Shown here: one piece after another, positions 1 through 9,363 of the stretch
How positions within the stretch are numbered: the first letter of the stretch is position 1
Layout of the letters: each line of letters begins with the position of its first letter
From: Acidobacteriota bacterium
GTDB taxonomy: Bacteria > Acidobacteriota > UBA6911
Length of the DNA: 64,000 nt
Assembly: GCA_963664705.1 (NCBI GenBank)
Contig: OY761556.1
Span: 3,648,001-3,712,000 of the forward strand
Direction of reading: 5' to 3'
Position numbers and translations under genes: made by a program
Notes under the pieces: generated by a model
The model's database searches: none
Told to the model about the DNA's origin: nothing
The model's input: only the letters and a program-made list of their open reading frames with translations

Positions 1-2
1 TC

Positions 3-875
3 GGATATTCGATCTACTACACGCTGGTGAACATAGGCGGCACTCTGGGCCCGATTGTAGCCTTTGCCGTCCGGCGCACCATCGGCATTGAAAATGTTTT
101 TCGCGTTTCAGCTGTCAGCGTTCTCCTGATGTTTTTCGCCACTCTCTTTTTTTATAAAGAGCCGGACCGCCTTGTGGAAAAGCAGGTTGCAAGCCTTGCC
201 CAGGCTTTTCGAAACATGTTTGTGGTCCTGGGGAATATCCGGTTCATGACGTTTCTCCTGATCTTCTCCGGCTTCTGGGTAATGTTCTGGCAGGAGTTTA
301 TCGCGCTTCCGCTTTTCATCCGGGGATATGTGAACGCCAACGCCGATGTCGATCTGCTGACCACGGTGGATCCGCTCGCGGTTATTCTCTTCCAGATTCT
401 GATCAGCTATCTGACGCGCAAAGCCAGGCCCTTCGCGGCTATGACCGCCGGGATCCTCATCACCAGCCTGTCCTGGCTGATCCTGGCCGTCTGCGATTTG
501 CGCTGGCAGATCCAGACCACGCTGCATATTGGCTCCTGGACCGTGCCGATCCAAGGGCTGCCGGTGTATGCCACCGTCGCCCTGGTTATACTGGCGATCG
601 GAGAAATGGTTCAGTCCCCGCGTTATTATGAGTATGTGTCGCGGCTGGCCCCGCCCGGCCAGCAAGGCACATTCATGGGATTTTCCTTTCTGCCGATTGC
701 CATCGGGTTCGTGGTTGCAGGCCAGATCGGCGGACGGCTTGTGAATTATTTCGGCGATGTGCTGCACCGTCCACATCAACTCTGGTTCGTGATTGCGGGA
801 GTAGGGGTCCTGACCACGCTTCTGATGTGGATCTACGATAAGGTGGTTAAGCCTTCTGAGCCCGAAAAACCATAG
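3..875 (+). CDS. MFS transporter, POT/PTR-like (5' partial)
   Basis: Open frame from window start (GYSIYYTLVNIGG, a POT-like motif), many TM helices, GEMVQSP motif, APPGQQGTFMG loop. Confidence 0.8.
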   Translation, partial: GYSIYYTLVNIGGTLGPIVAFAVRRTIGIENVFRVSAVSVLLMFFATLFFYKEPDRLVEKQVASLAQAFRNMFVVLGNIRFMTFLLIFSGFWVMFWQEFIALPLFIRGYVNANADVDLLTTVDPLAVILFQILISYLTRKARPFAAMTAGILITSLSWLILAVCDLRWQIQTTLHIGSWTVPIQGLPVYATVALVILAIGEMVQSPRYYEYVSRLAPPGQQGTFMGFSFLPIAIGFVVAGQIGGRLVNYFGDVLHRPHQLWFVIAGVGVLTTLLMWIYDKVVKPSEPEKP

Positions 876-929
876 AGACAAGATGCCGGATTCCGTATCC
901 TATCCTCTGCATCCTGCATGGAGGCGTTG

Positions 930-1649
930 ATGTTATTTCGAATTGAAGAATCCGTATTTCAGATGTTTCCGCAGTTCTGCCGTGGAATCGTAACAGCCGC
1001 AGGCATTGATAACAGCCGCCCTTCCGCCGAACTGGAGAATCTGTTGCGGCAGGAGGCGGAAAGGATGCTGCAGGATCCCGCGATGGATCTGGCGACACAT
1101 CCCCGCCTGCAGGTATGGAGGGATGCCTACCGGCAGTTCGGGTCGAATCCGAACAAGTTCACTCCTTCCATCGTGTTTCTCGCCAAGCAGGTCAAGGCAG
1201 GAAAACCGGTGCGGTCCATATCTCCCGCAGTCGATATTTTCAATATTATCAGCCTTCGCCACATCATCCCCTGCGGGGGAGATGACATGAACAGCGTGGA
1301 TGGAGATGTGACCCTGGGACGGGCCGCCGGGGACGAGACCTTCGCCGCCATCTTCAAACCCGAAGAGATTGAGCGCCCGGACCCTGGCGAGGTTATTTAT
1401 GTAAATCGCAAGACGGGCAGAATCCTGTGCAGACGCTGGAATTGGAGAAATGGAGATTTCTCCAAGCTCGCTCCGGAAACACGGAATCTTGGAATCAATG
1501 TCGATGGAATGCTGTCCTCTATCGGTCGCGATGAACTGGAGCAGGCGGCGGAAGAGTTGAAGGAATTGCTGCTTCGTTACTGTGGCGGGAGCATTGCCAT
1601 TCACTATCTCGATGCGGAGCATCGGGAGATTGAGCTTCCCTTTCAGTAA
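930..1649 (+). CDS. B3/4 domain protein (tRNA-editing-like, PheRS beta B3/4)
   Basis: WRDAYRQFG, P-AVDIFNIISL, GGDD and CRRWNWR motifs; GGAGG SD before ATG 930. Confidence 0.85.
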   Translation: MLFRIEESVFQMFPQFCRGIVTAAGIDNSRPSAELENLLRQEAERMLQDPAMDLATHPRLQVWRDAYRQFGSNPNKFTPSIVFLAKQVKAGKPVRSISPAVDIFNIISLRHIIPCGGDDMNSVDGDVTLGRAAGDETFAAIFKPEEIERPDPGEVIYVNRKTGRILCRRWNWRNGDFSKLAPETRNLGINVDGMLSSIGRDELEQAAEELKELLLRYCGGSIAIHYLDAEHREIELPFQ

Positions 1650-1709
1650 ACGGCAAACTGGCAGCTTGTTGAATTGCGGCGTTAGCCGGGACGGCCACGT
1701 TATCGGTCT

Positions 1710-2345
1710 CTACGAGCGGAATTGCGGAAGCGATTTTCCCTGGAACAGACCGATGCCGGCAATCCCCGCGGCACCGGCTTTGAGTACAGAGTCCCTCCGC
1801 TCCGGGGTGATGCCGCCCAGTCCCAGAACTGGCACATTGGAAGCGGCACAGGCATTCCTCAGCCGGCGCAAACCGAGCGGCGCCCCAAAGCCCGCTTTGG
1901 ACTCCGTTGGAAAAATGTGTCCGACCAGCAGGTAGTCCGCACCCTGAGCGCATGCGCTTCGAATTTCAGACAGAGTGTGGACCGAGACCCCGATCAGGAA
2001 ATCATCCGGAACCCATTTGCGGATGTCATCAATCTGAAGGCCTTTTGAAGGAAGATGAACTCCGTGGGCCCCGGCTGCCAGCGCAATATCGGCGCGGCCG
2101 TTTACGAGGACGCGGCATTGCGTCAGGTTTGCATGGGCCAGCGCCCCGCGCGTCAATCCAAAAATCGTGCGGTCATCCAGATCCTTTTCCCGGATTTGAA
2201 CAAAATCGACGCCACACTCTATGGCTCTGTGGATACACGCCATCAGGGACATTCCGGACAGGCGCTTCCGGTCGGTAATGTAGTAGAAAAGCGGACGCCT
2301 AGATGGAAGGGTGCTTTCTTTTCCAGTTGTTCTTGATTTGTACAA
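1710..2345 (-). CDS. thiE: Thiamine phosphate synthase (ThiE/TenI family); start uncertain
   Basis: YYITD, VQIREKDL, GAHGVHL, GVSVH, GADY...FPTESK, LGGIT motifs; nearest in-frame initiator upstream of YYITD is TTG 2345. Confidence 0.8.
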   Translation of the reverse strand: MYKSRTTGKESTLPSRRPLFYYITDRKRLSGMSLMACIHRAIECGVDFVQIREKDLDDRTIFGLTRGALAHANLTQCRVLVNGRADIALAAGAHGVHLPSKGLQIDDIRKWVPDDFLIGVSVHTLSEIRSACAQGADYLLVGHIFPTESKAGFGAPLGLRRLRNACAASNVPVLGLGGITPERRDSVLKAGAAGIAGIGLFQGKSLPQFRS

Positions 2346-2634
2346 CCTCGTGAATCCCGATCGCGATATTGGCAATACCCAGCCCCATAACAAAGCCCTT
2401 GAAGAAAGCATTGGAGACCAGCGGCCGGAATTGGGGATACAGGTATAGCAGGTAGTTGTTTTCCCAGGACCTCATCCAGGGCATGAAAAGCAGGAGCATT
2501 CCAAGCTCGAATGAGGCCAGAATATAGATGAAATAAAGGGAGACCCACAGCCACCCGACAATTCGGGCAAGCGTAATACTCCCACCCTTTGGATCCGTCT
2601 CTGCGGGAGGAGTATCTGTAATTCTAGGGTGCAT
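2299..2634 (-). CDS. Small hypothetical membrane protein (2-3 TM)
   Basis: Hydrophobic ORF (FELGMLLLFMPW..WENN..GFVMGLG) overlapping both neighbours in operon style. Confidence 0.7.
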   Translation of the reverse strand: MHPRITDTPPAETDPKGGSITLARIVGWLWVSLYFIYILASFELGMLLLFMPWMRSWENNYLLYLYPQFRPLVSNAFFKGFVMGLGIANIAIGIHEVVQIKNNWKRKHPSI

Positions 2635-5344
2635 GCCTTTCAGAACCACTCTTGGGGCCTGTCGATCCGCAGGCCTTCAATTCATCAATCTTCTGCGCTA
2701 CATCGCGATAGCCCGGATCGATCCCGAAAATCTGACGAAAACACTCAAGTGCCCGATCCCGATCACCGGCCATTGAATGCGCGATTCCCATATCATAGCG
2801 GAGCGCCATCGATTCGTGGGAAGAAATATCTACAATTCCTAATCCGGTCTGGCACCATCGAAGGGCTGAACTGGGCATTGCCTTCTTCAGGTAGCAGGTA
2901 CTCAACATGCCGCAACACTGAATGATACGCGATCCTTCCTTCTTCAGATCAGCAATTTTCAAGGCAAACTGAAATTCTTTGATCGCCTCTTCCGTCAGTT
3001 CCATATCGCGGTATGCCGTTCCCAGGCTGAAATGGTCCTCGAACGATTCCCGCAGCACTTCCTGATCGGAGACCGCGCCGAATTCCTCCATCAGATCCGC
3101 AAACATTTCGTTGGCCGGAGTGCTGTCGATCGCCGAAACAGGAGCAGGAACTGGAGCCGGTGTAGCAATAACCTGCGGAGGGACGATCGCGAAACCGGCA
3201 GAAGCCGGCATCGGGGTCGGCGCAGAGGGTCTTTCTTCCGGCATTTCGAATTTATCTGCGCTGAATACATCGAGGTTGTCGAGAGTCTCGGTCAGATCCA
3301 AGTCGTCAAAGACTCCGCTCAAATCCTGAGAAGGCGGTTCGGCATGCTTCCCGAAAAGGGGAGCTTCTTCCGAGACAGTGGATACTGTCATGGGGTTTTC
3401 AGATGGCGCCGGCGCGCCCAACTTTTCGTATCGTGAAATGACCTCAGAATCGGTGGGATGGATTTTGGCTATTTCATTCAACTTGGCGAGAGCTTCTTCA
3501 CTGAATCCGAGGCGGATGTAGAAATCGACTTCCTGCAACTGCTCTTCAAGCGATTTGGCAGCGCTAGCCGAAGACAAATCCTGTGGGTAGGCTTCGGGTA
3601 TTGATCCATGCGCATCCAGGGATTCCTGGTCCGGCTCGCCCTCTTCACCCTCCGCTTTATCGTTTGAGAAAAAGATATCCAGCAGGTCTGACGAAAGATC
3701 AACTTCGGCTTCCCCATGCTGCATCTCGCCCGAAGCAGCGGGAGCCTCCGGCTCAATGCCGCTGCGGCGCGCGAATCCATCCAGATCTTTTTCATATTCC
3801 TGAACGTCAGGAGATAGTTGCTTTGCTTCGGACAGGCAGCTCAACGCCGCCTCTTCATTGCCGGAACGGCGATGCAGAACCGCCAGAAGCAACAACTGCT
3901 CGGCAGCTTCGGTATTTTTATTTTCGAGCTTGAATATGGAAACCAGGCGAACACGGACTTCCCTATCATAGGGGTCGCGCATTTCCAAGCCTTGAAGCAG
4001 ACCCAGCGCCTTTTCCTTCAGGCCGTAATTGAGCAGCAGGTCGGCTTCCACGATTTCGGGCGAAACTTTGGCTTCGGGAGCCGCATGCTCTCGTCGCTCC
4101 ACGGGAGATCCGGGAGCAATGCTGATTTCCGGCGGCTCGGAAGGGGCCACATACGGCGTATCCGGATAGACTTCGGCAAAGATCTCCCGATGAAGTCTAC
4201 GGTGTTTTGCGCTCTCGGGGTCTGCGTGGAGAATCTTTTCCAGGTACTCCAACGCCTCCGCCGGGCTTTTCTTCTCGATATAGTGATCCGCTATGCTGTC
4301 CAGCAGGGCTACATAGCGAATCTGGTCGCCGGTAGCAGAACAGACAGATGCCAGCTTCACCATTGTGAGGATGTGGCCGGGCTCGCGCTGTAGAACATCC
4401 TGATAGAACTGGACCGCACGTTCGGTCTCCCTGCGCGTTATCAGAATGGGGACGATATCATCAAGGGAGGAGGTTGCCCGATCATATTCGCCTTGTTCCA
4501 AATAGGACTTGGCAACGTCGAAGAAATTGCCGTATCTCGAGTCATCCATCGACAGTACTGTCTGGAAGACCTTAACCGCCGATTCAGGATCTTGATTGGC
4601 AAGGTATGCCTGCCCCAGTAGTTCCCGGAAATCCAGGTTGTCCGGAGCCGACTCGACGGCTTGCTTGAGCTGGTTGAGCGCGGGGACAGGCGTGCTTAGC
4701 TTCAGGCAGCAGTCCAGATAGCCTCGCATGGACTCGACATCCTGCGAATTGAGAAGAACCGCATGATGGTAGGAATCCGCGGCACCCTGGATATTACCGG
4801 CTTTCCCCATTGCACGGGCGGCACCGATCCAATGGGAGCGCGATTTTTCACTGGCTCCTTCAGCCAGGTAAAGCTCGGCCAGTTTTCGCTGGATAGCAGC
4901 ATTGGAAGGATCGATCTCAACCACCTGCTCGTAGGCATCCATCTGCTCCCGCGCCCGGCCTTCTTTTTCAAACAGCGCCGCAAGGCGCAGATACTGGTTT
5001 TTCGCATCGATACTCAAACCCTGCTTCGCATAAAGCGATGCCATGGTTGAGTTGATATCCAGATTGTTCGGGTCGGCGTTGAGGATTTTTTTGTAGACGG
5101 CGATTGCTTTGAGGAAGAAGTTGTTCTGAACGTAGTTCTCAGCCACCTGATTGAAGTACCGGTTGGCCTCAGTGCTTTTGCCCTGCCGCAGGTACAGATC
5201 GCCGATGGTATTGAGTATGAGAACGTCGTTGGGATCGAACTTTACAATCTTGAGATATTCGCCGATAGCCTGCGGAACCTTACCGTGGAGCACGTATCTT
5301 TCGGCGTCTTGAAGAAATTTTGCCTTGCTATCAGCGGCCACCAT
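2624..5344 (-). CDS. Large tetratricopeptide-repeat protein with acidic/Pro-rich linker
   Basis: Multiple TPR-like helical repeats at both termini; AGGAGG SD before ATG 5344. Confidence 0.85.
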   Translation of the reverse strand: MVAADSKAKFLQDAERYVLHGKVPQAIGEYLKIVKFDPNDVLILNTIGDLYLRQGKSTEANRYFNQVAENYVQNNFFLKAIAVYKKILNADPNNLDINSTMASLYAKQGLSIDAKNQYLRLAALFEKEGRAREQMDAYEQVVEIDPSNAAIQRKLAELYLAEGASEKSRSHWIGAARAMGKAGNIQGAADSYHHAVLLNSQDVESMRGYLDCCLKLSTPVPALNQLKQAVESAPDNLDFRELLGQAYLANQDPESAVKVFQTVLSMDDSRYGNFFDVAKSYLEQGEYDRATSSLDDIVPILITRRETERAVQFYQDVLQREPGHILTMVKLASVCSATGDQIRYVALLDSIADHYIEKKSPAEALEYLEKILHADPESAKHRRLHREIFAEVYPDTPYVAPSEPPEISIAPGSPVERREHAAPEAKVSPEIVEADLLLNYGLKEKALGLLQGLEMRDPYDREVRVRLVSIFKLENKNTEAAEQLLLLAVLHRRSGNEEAALSCLSEAKQLSPDVQEYEKDLDGFARRSGIEPEAPAASGEMQHGEAEVDLSSDLLDIFFSNDKAEGEEGEPDQESLDAHGSIPEAYPQDLSSASAAKSLEEQLQEVDFYIRLGFSEEALAKLNEIAKIHPTDSEVISRYEKLGAPAPSENPMTVSTVSEEAPLFGKHAEPPSQDLSGVFDDLDLTETLDNLDVFSADKFEMPEERPSAPTPMPASAGFAIVPPQVIATPAPVPAPVSAIDSTPANEMFADLMEEFGAVSDQEVLRESFEDHFSLGTAYRDMELTEEAIKEFQFALKIADLKKEGSRIIQCCGMLSTCYLKKAMPSSALRWCQTGLGIVDISSHESMALRYDMGIAHSMAGDRDRALECFRQIFGIDPGYRDVAQKIDELKACGSTGPKSGSERHAP

Positions 5345-5433
5345 GCCCTCCTGCAATCAAATATGGTGCAAACTATCCGAAGTCCGCCGATAACAAGGCA
5401 AGAATTGCTTGAACGCTCCCAGAGCTGGCGCCT

Positions 5434-5811
5434 TTAGGCTTTGGCTGCTCTTTCGGGTGCGCGCTCGATTCTTCCTACCTCTTTCAACCGGGCAGCTTTG
5501 CCGCGGCGGCCTCGGAGATAATACAGCCGCGCTCGGCGCACTTTTCCGCTCTTCACCACTTCCAACTTTTCAATAATTGGCGAATGCAGAGGGAAAATAC
5601 GCTCGATGCCATATCCAAACGAAACCTTCCGAACTGTGAAGGTTGACGAAATGCCGTTATTCTTCTGAACAATAACGACACCTTCAAAAACCTGGATCCG
5701 GTACTTGTCCCCTTCCTTGATCTTTACGTGAACACGTACCGTGTCTCCTGGACGGAAGCGGGGAAGATCGGTCCGAATTTGGGAATTATCGACTGCCCGT
5801 AGCAAATCCAT
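5434..5811 (-). CDS. rplS: 50S ribosomal protein L19
   Basis: [25 protein letters not shown]; synteny with trmD. Confidence 0.98.
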   Translation of the reverse strand: MDLLRAVDNSQIRTDLPRFRPGDTVRVHVKIKEGDKYRIQVFEGVVIVQKNNGISSTFTVRKVSFGYGIERIFPLHSPIIEKLEVVKSGKVRRARLYYLRGRRGKAARLKEVGRIERAPERAAKA

Positions 5812-5823
5812 GACAAATACTCC

Positions 5824-6519
5824 TTAATTGTGGGCTGATTCCTTTATCAGCTCCGGACGGGCCCGTTTGGTTTTTTCAAGGGCCTGTTCTTTACGCCACT
5901 TATCAATCTTTGCATGATCTCCCGAGAGAAGGACCTCCGGAACAGCCTGTCCTCTATATTCGGCGGGCCGCGTGTACTGCGGATAATCCAGCAAGCCCGT
6001 TGAAAAACTCTCGTTTACGGCCGATTCCGAGCATCCAAGCGCGCCCGGTATCAACCGTACAACCGAATCGAGGATGACCATTGCCGGAATCTCCCCTCCG
6101 GACAGAACAAAATCCCCGATCGAGATTTCTCTGTCCACGAGATTGTCGATAACCCGCTGGTCCACTCCTTCGTATCGGCCACAAACCAACATTAGATGCG
6201 GAATTGTAGCAAATTCCGCAGCTAATTTTTGATCCCAAGTCTTACCTTGGGGGGTCAGGAGTACTACCTGGCCATTCTGGCCACTCTCCTGCCCCTTACA
6301 GAACTCAATCGCCTCGTATAGCGGCTCGGGCATGAACACCATCCCTTCACCGCCTCCGTAGGGACGATCATCTACGGATCGATGCTTATCTTTGGTGAAA
6401 TCCCGCAGATTGACGATGCGGATATCTACCAGCCCCGACCGGGCGGCGCGTCGAATGATTCCGCATTCCGTAACGCCCGCAAACAGTTCGGGAAAAATCG
6501 TTATAATATCAAACCTCAT
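5824..6519 (-). CDS. trmD: tRNA (guanine-N1)-methyltransferase
   Basis: MRFDIITIFPE, DDRPYGGG, CGRYEGVD, SIGDFVLSGGE; ATGA overlap with rimM stop. Confidence 0.97.
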   Translation of the reverse strand: MRFDIITIFPELFAGVTECGIIRRAARSGLVDIRIVNLRDFTKDKHRSVDDRPYGGGEGMVFMPEPLYEAIEFCKGQESGQNGQVVLLTPQGKTWDQKLAAEFATIPHLMLVCGRYEGVDQRVIDNLVDREISIGDFVLSGGEIPAMVILDSVVRLIPGALGCSESAVNESFSTGLLDYPQYTRPAEYRGQAVPEVLLSGDHAKIDKWRKEQALEKTKRARPELIKESAHN

Positions 6520-7049
6520 TTGCCCAGGTCCAACAATCCTTCGGGTGGATCGATCAGAATTCTTTTTTCCGGAATCGAAATCCGGATGCAAATGCTGTCC
6601 ACGGCCGGGATCATGTATTCTCTATCGGGTCCCTTAACCACCAACAGATTATTTCCGGCAATCCGAAGAACTTCTTTAACCACTCCCAGCTCGTTGCCGC
6701 CGGTATCCCTGACGCCGCATCCGATGAGATCATGGTCAAAATATGTACCTTCAGGGAGTTCCATCGCTTTATCGGATGGAACCTGCACCCAGCAGCCCAC
6801 ATAGGCCTCGGCGGAACTGATATCGTTCACGCCGGTAAATTTCAGCACTATCCGCCCTTTATGCTCCCAGGTATCTTCAATGGCGATACGAAGCCTGTGG
6901 CCGTCTGCGAACTCCAGCCATACCTCTTCGAGCTCATTGAAACGATCGGGAAAATCCGTATACAAGTCGGCCAGGACTTCGCCGCGGTTCCCTCGGGTCC
7001 TGGCGATTCGGGCGATTGCAATATAAGAAGGCGGTGCGTCCGGCTCCAC
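6516..7049 (-). CDS. rimM: 16S rRNA processing protein RimM
   Basis: IARTRGNRGEV, DLIGC PRC barrel, IDPPEGLL; GTG start overlapping khpA stop. Confidence 0.93.
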   Translation of the reverse strand: MEPDAPPSYIAIARIARTRGNRGEVLADLYTDFPDRFNELEEVWLEFADGHRLRIAIEDTWEHKGRIVLKFTGVNDISSAEAYVGCWVQVPSDKAMELPEGTYFDHDLIGCGVRDTGGNELGVVKEVLRIAGNNLLVVKGPDREYMIPAVDSICIRISIPEKRILIDPPEGLLDLGK

Positions 7050-7279
7050 TATTCCAGGATTTCCAGAACAAACCGCTTTTTGAGCTTCATGCCTGCCGCT
7101 CCGAGAAGCGTTCGGATGCATCGGGCGGTTCGACCCTGCTTCCCGATAACCTTGCCAAGGTCGCTGGGCGCCACGCGAAGTTCCAGAACTGTAGTCTGCT
7201 CACCTTCAACTTCGGTAACCACAACCTGCTCGGGGTTATCCACAAGCGCTTTCGCAATCATTTCGACTAGATCTTTCAT
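7049..7279 (-). CDS. khpA: KH-domain RNA-binding protein KhpA
   Basis: [15 protein letters not shown] motif; between rpsP and rimM. Confidence 0.93.
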   Translation of the reverse strand: MKDLVEMIAKALVDNPEQVVVTEVEGEQTTVLELRVAPSDLGKVIGKQGRTARCIRTLLGAAGMKLKKRFVLEILE

Positions 7280-7357
7280 CTCCGCCTCTCCTCCGAGACC
7301 ACTCTAAACCACATAGAACTCGGGCGCTATCCGGATTCAGCAATGGGAAAGAAGGTC

Positions 7358-7615
7358 TCAGCTGGCGGCCACGGGCGTAGGGGGAGCGGCCTTTTTCAAC
7401 AGGGAGTGCACTGTCTCTGAAGGTTGTGCGCCGCATGCCAGCCAATGACGAACTCTATCCATGTTGAGATCAACAATAGGAGGATTCGTTTTCGGGTTGT
7501 AATGACCCAGGATTTCAACGAAACTCCCGTCTCGAGTCTGCCTTTGCTCCATCACTACCACTCGATAAAAGGGCTTCTTTTTTGCCCCCATGCGTGTCAA
7601 ACGTATTCTAAGCAA
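7358..7615 (-). CDS. rpsP: 30S ribosomal protein S16
   Basis: LRIRLTRMGAKKKPFYRVVV, GAQPSETV; TTG start with GAGGAGG SD. Confidence 0.98.
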   Translation of the reverse strand: MLRIRLTRMGAKKKPFYRVVVMEQRQTRDGSFVEILGHYNPKTNPPIVDLNMDRVRHWLACGAQPSETVHSLLKKAAPPTPVAAS

Positions 7616-7880
7616 AACTCCTCCTCGTAATAAAAGACCTTAAATCTAAACAATTCTTGCATGTAACGCAATCGGATTCAACTGGGGAACACTGTCCGAC
7701 AGGACGATCCGACCGGTCGTAACCGACTAAGTCCAGAGAAATCCTAAGGTTGCATTGTGCGCGAAATCACGAGAAACTTCGACGCTTATCCGCAAAAAAC
7801 TTGATGAAGAACAGCCCTTTGCCCGCTGATTTCCCAAAATTTCACAAAATCCGGGACGTTTCTTCAATCTACATCAATAT

Positions 7881-9218
7881 CTACATCTGAGGGAATTTCA
7901 TCCCGCGCATCAGGCGAGGCATAATCCCCTTGCTCAAGCTGCGCATCATCTTGCGCGTTTCCACATACTGCTTGAGCAATTGATTGATCTGATTCACCGG
8001 CCTCCCGCATCCGCGGGCAATCCGCTTTCGCCTGCTGCCGTTCAAAATCGAATGGTTGCGCCGCTCTTCCGGGGTCATCGAATTGATGATTGCCTCGATG
8101 TGAACCAGCTCCTTCTCATCTACCTTCATCTGGTTCAATCCACGCAGAGGCCCCATGTTGGGAAGCATCCCAAGGATCTGATCCAAGGGGCCCATCTGCC
8201 GGATCTGCCGCAATTGATCGCGAAAATCATCAAGGGTAAACTCATCTTTTCGGATCTTCTCGGCCAGTTCAGCCGCCTGCTCCCTATCCACGGACTCTTC
8301 CGCTTTCTCAATAAGGGAAAGCACATCGCCCATGCCGAGAATGCGGCCAGCCAGGCGGTCGGGGAAAAACGGCTCCATAGCATCCACTTTTTCGCCGGTT
8401 CCGACAAATTTGATCGGCTGTCCGGTCACCGACTTGATAGAGAGCGCGGCACCACCCCTCGCATCGCCATCCATCTTCGTCAGGATCACGCCTGTCAGCC
8501 CCAGACGTTCGTGAAATTCCTTCGCGCTGCGAACAGCGTCCTGTCCCGTCATAGCATCGGAAACCAGAAGGATTTCCACCGGTGGCGTTGCTTTCCGAAT
8601 TCGCTCGAGTTCCACCATCATCTCATCATCAATATGGAGACGGCCGGCGGTATCGATCAGCACAACGTCGTAGCCGCTGTTGCGAGCATGTCGCAACCCC
8701 TGCTCCGCTCTCGACACGGGATCCATATCCCCAGGGACATCGAAATAACCCAAATGAGCGGCCTCGCACAATACGCGCAGCTGTTCAATGGCCGCAGGAC
8801 GGTAGACGTCCACCGACAGCAGCAGCGGCGTATGGTTGTTTTTAGTAAGCCAGTGAGCCAGCTTTGCCGTGCTGGTCGTTTTCCCGGATCCCTGAAGCCC
8901 AACCATCAGAAACACACTGGGCGGCTGCTTGGAAAATTGAAGCTCCGTCTGCGATCCACCCAGCAATTCAATGAGCTCGTCGCGCACGACCCGGATAATT
9001 TGCTGGCCGGGAGTCAGAGATTCGAGAACTTCCTGGCCCAAAGCCCGCTGTTTGACGCGCTCAACGAAATCCTTGGCAATTTTGAAATGAACGTCCGCGT
9101 CAAGCAGCGCGTTTCGTATTTCCCGGGCGGCCTCTTCTACGTGGCGGCTGGAAACTCTTCCTTGCCCCGTCAGGTTTCGCAGAATTTTCTGCAGCTTATT
9201 CGATAAATTATCCAGCAT
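7881..9218 (-). CDS. ffh: Signal recognition particle protein Ffh
   Basis: GLQGSGKTT, DTAGR, TKMDGDARGGAALS, M-domain SRRKRIARG. Confidence 0.98.
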   Translation of the reverse strand: MLDNLSNKLQKILRNLTGQGRVSSRHVEEAAREIRNALLDADVHFKIAKDFVERVKQRALGQEVLESLTPGQQIIRVVRDELIELLGGSQTELQFSKQPPSVFLMVGLQGSGKTTSTAKLAHWLTKNNHTPLLLSVDVYRPAAIEQLRVLCEAAHLGYFDVPGDMDPVSRAEQGLRHARNSGYDVVLIDTAGRLHIDDEMMVELERIRKATPPVEILLVSDAMTGQDAVRSAKEFHERLGLTGVILTKMDGDARGGAALSIKSVTGQPIKFVGTGEKVDAMEPFFPDRLAGRILGMGDVLSLIEKAEESVDREQAAELAEKIRKDEFTLDDFRDQLRQIRQMGPLDQILGMLPNMGPLRGLNQMKVDEKELVHIEAIINSMTPEERRNHSILNGSRRKRIARGCGRPVNQINQLLKQYVETRKMMRSLSKGIMPRLMRGMKFPQM

Positions 9219-9363
9219 CGTCTATCTTTTCTCCAGGGCCATAATATTACCTGAGGTTATGGCAGAAGTGTGGCAGAAAGTGGGGAGGATCTTCTTGCTC
9301 CATGCTTCTTGCGCCTTGCTCCTTTTTTCTGGCTTCCACTTGCATTAAGATATGCATCCAATC

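Noticed and set aside
7730-7739. AGTCCAGAGA resembling a PyrR-binding loop
   Set aside because: Lacks the following GGY, is on the strand opposite the local genes and is far from the pyr genes
7616-9363. SRP (4.5S) RNA near ffh
   Set aside because: No CAGG..GGAA..AGCAGC domain IV motif in the flanking spacers
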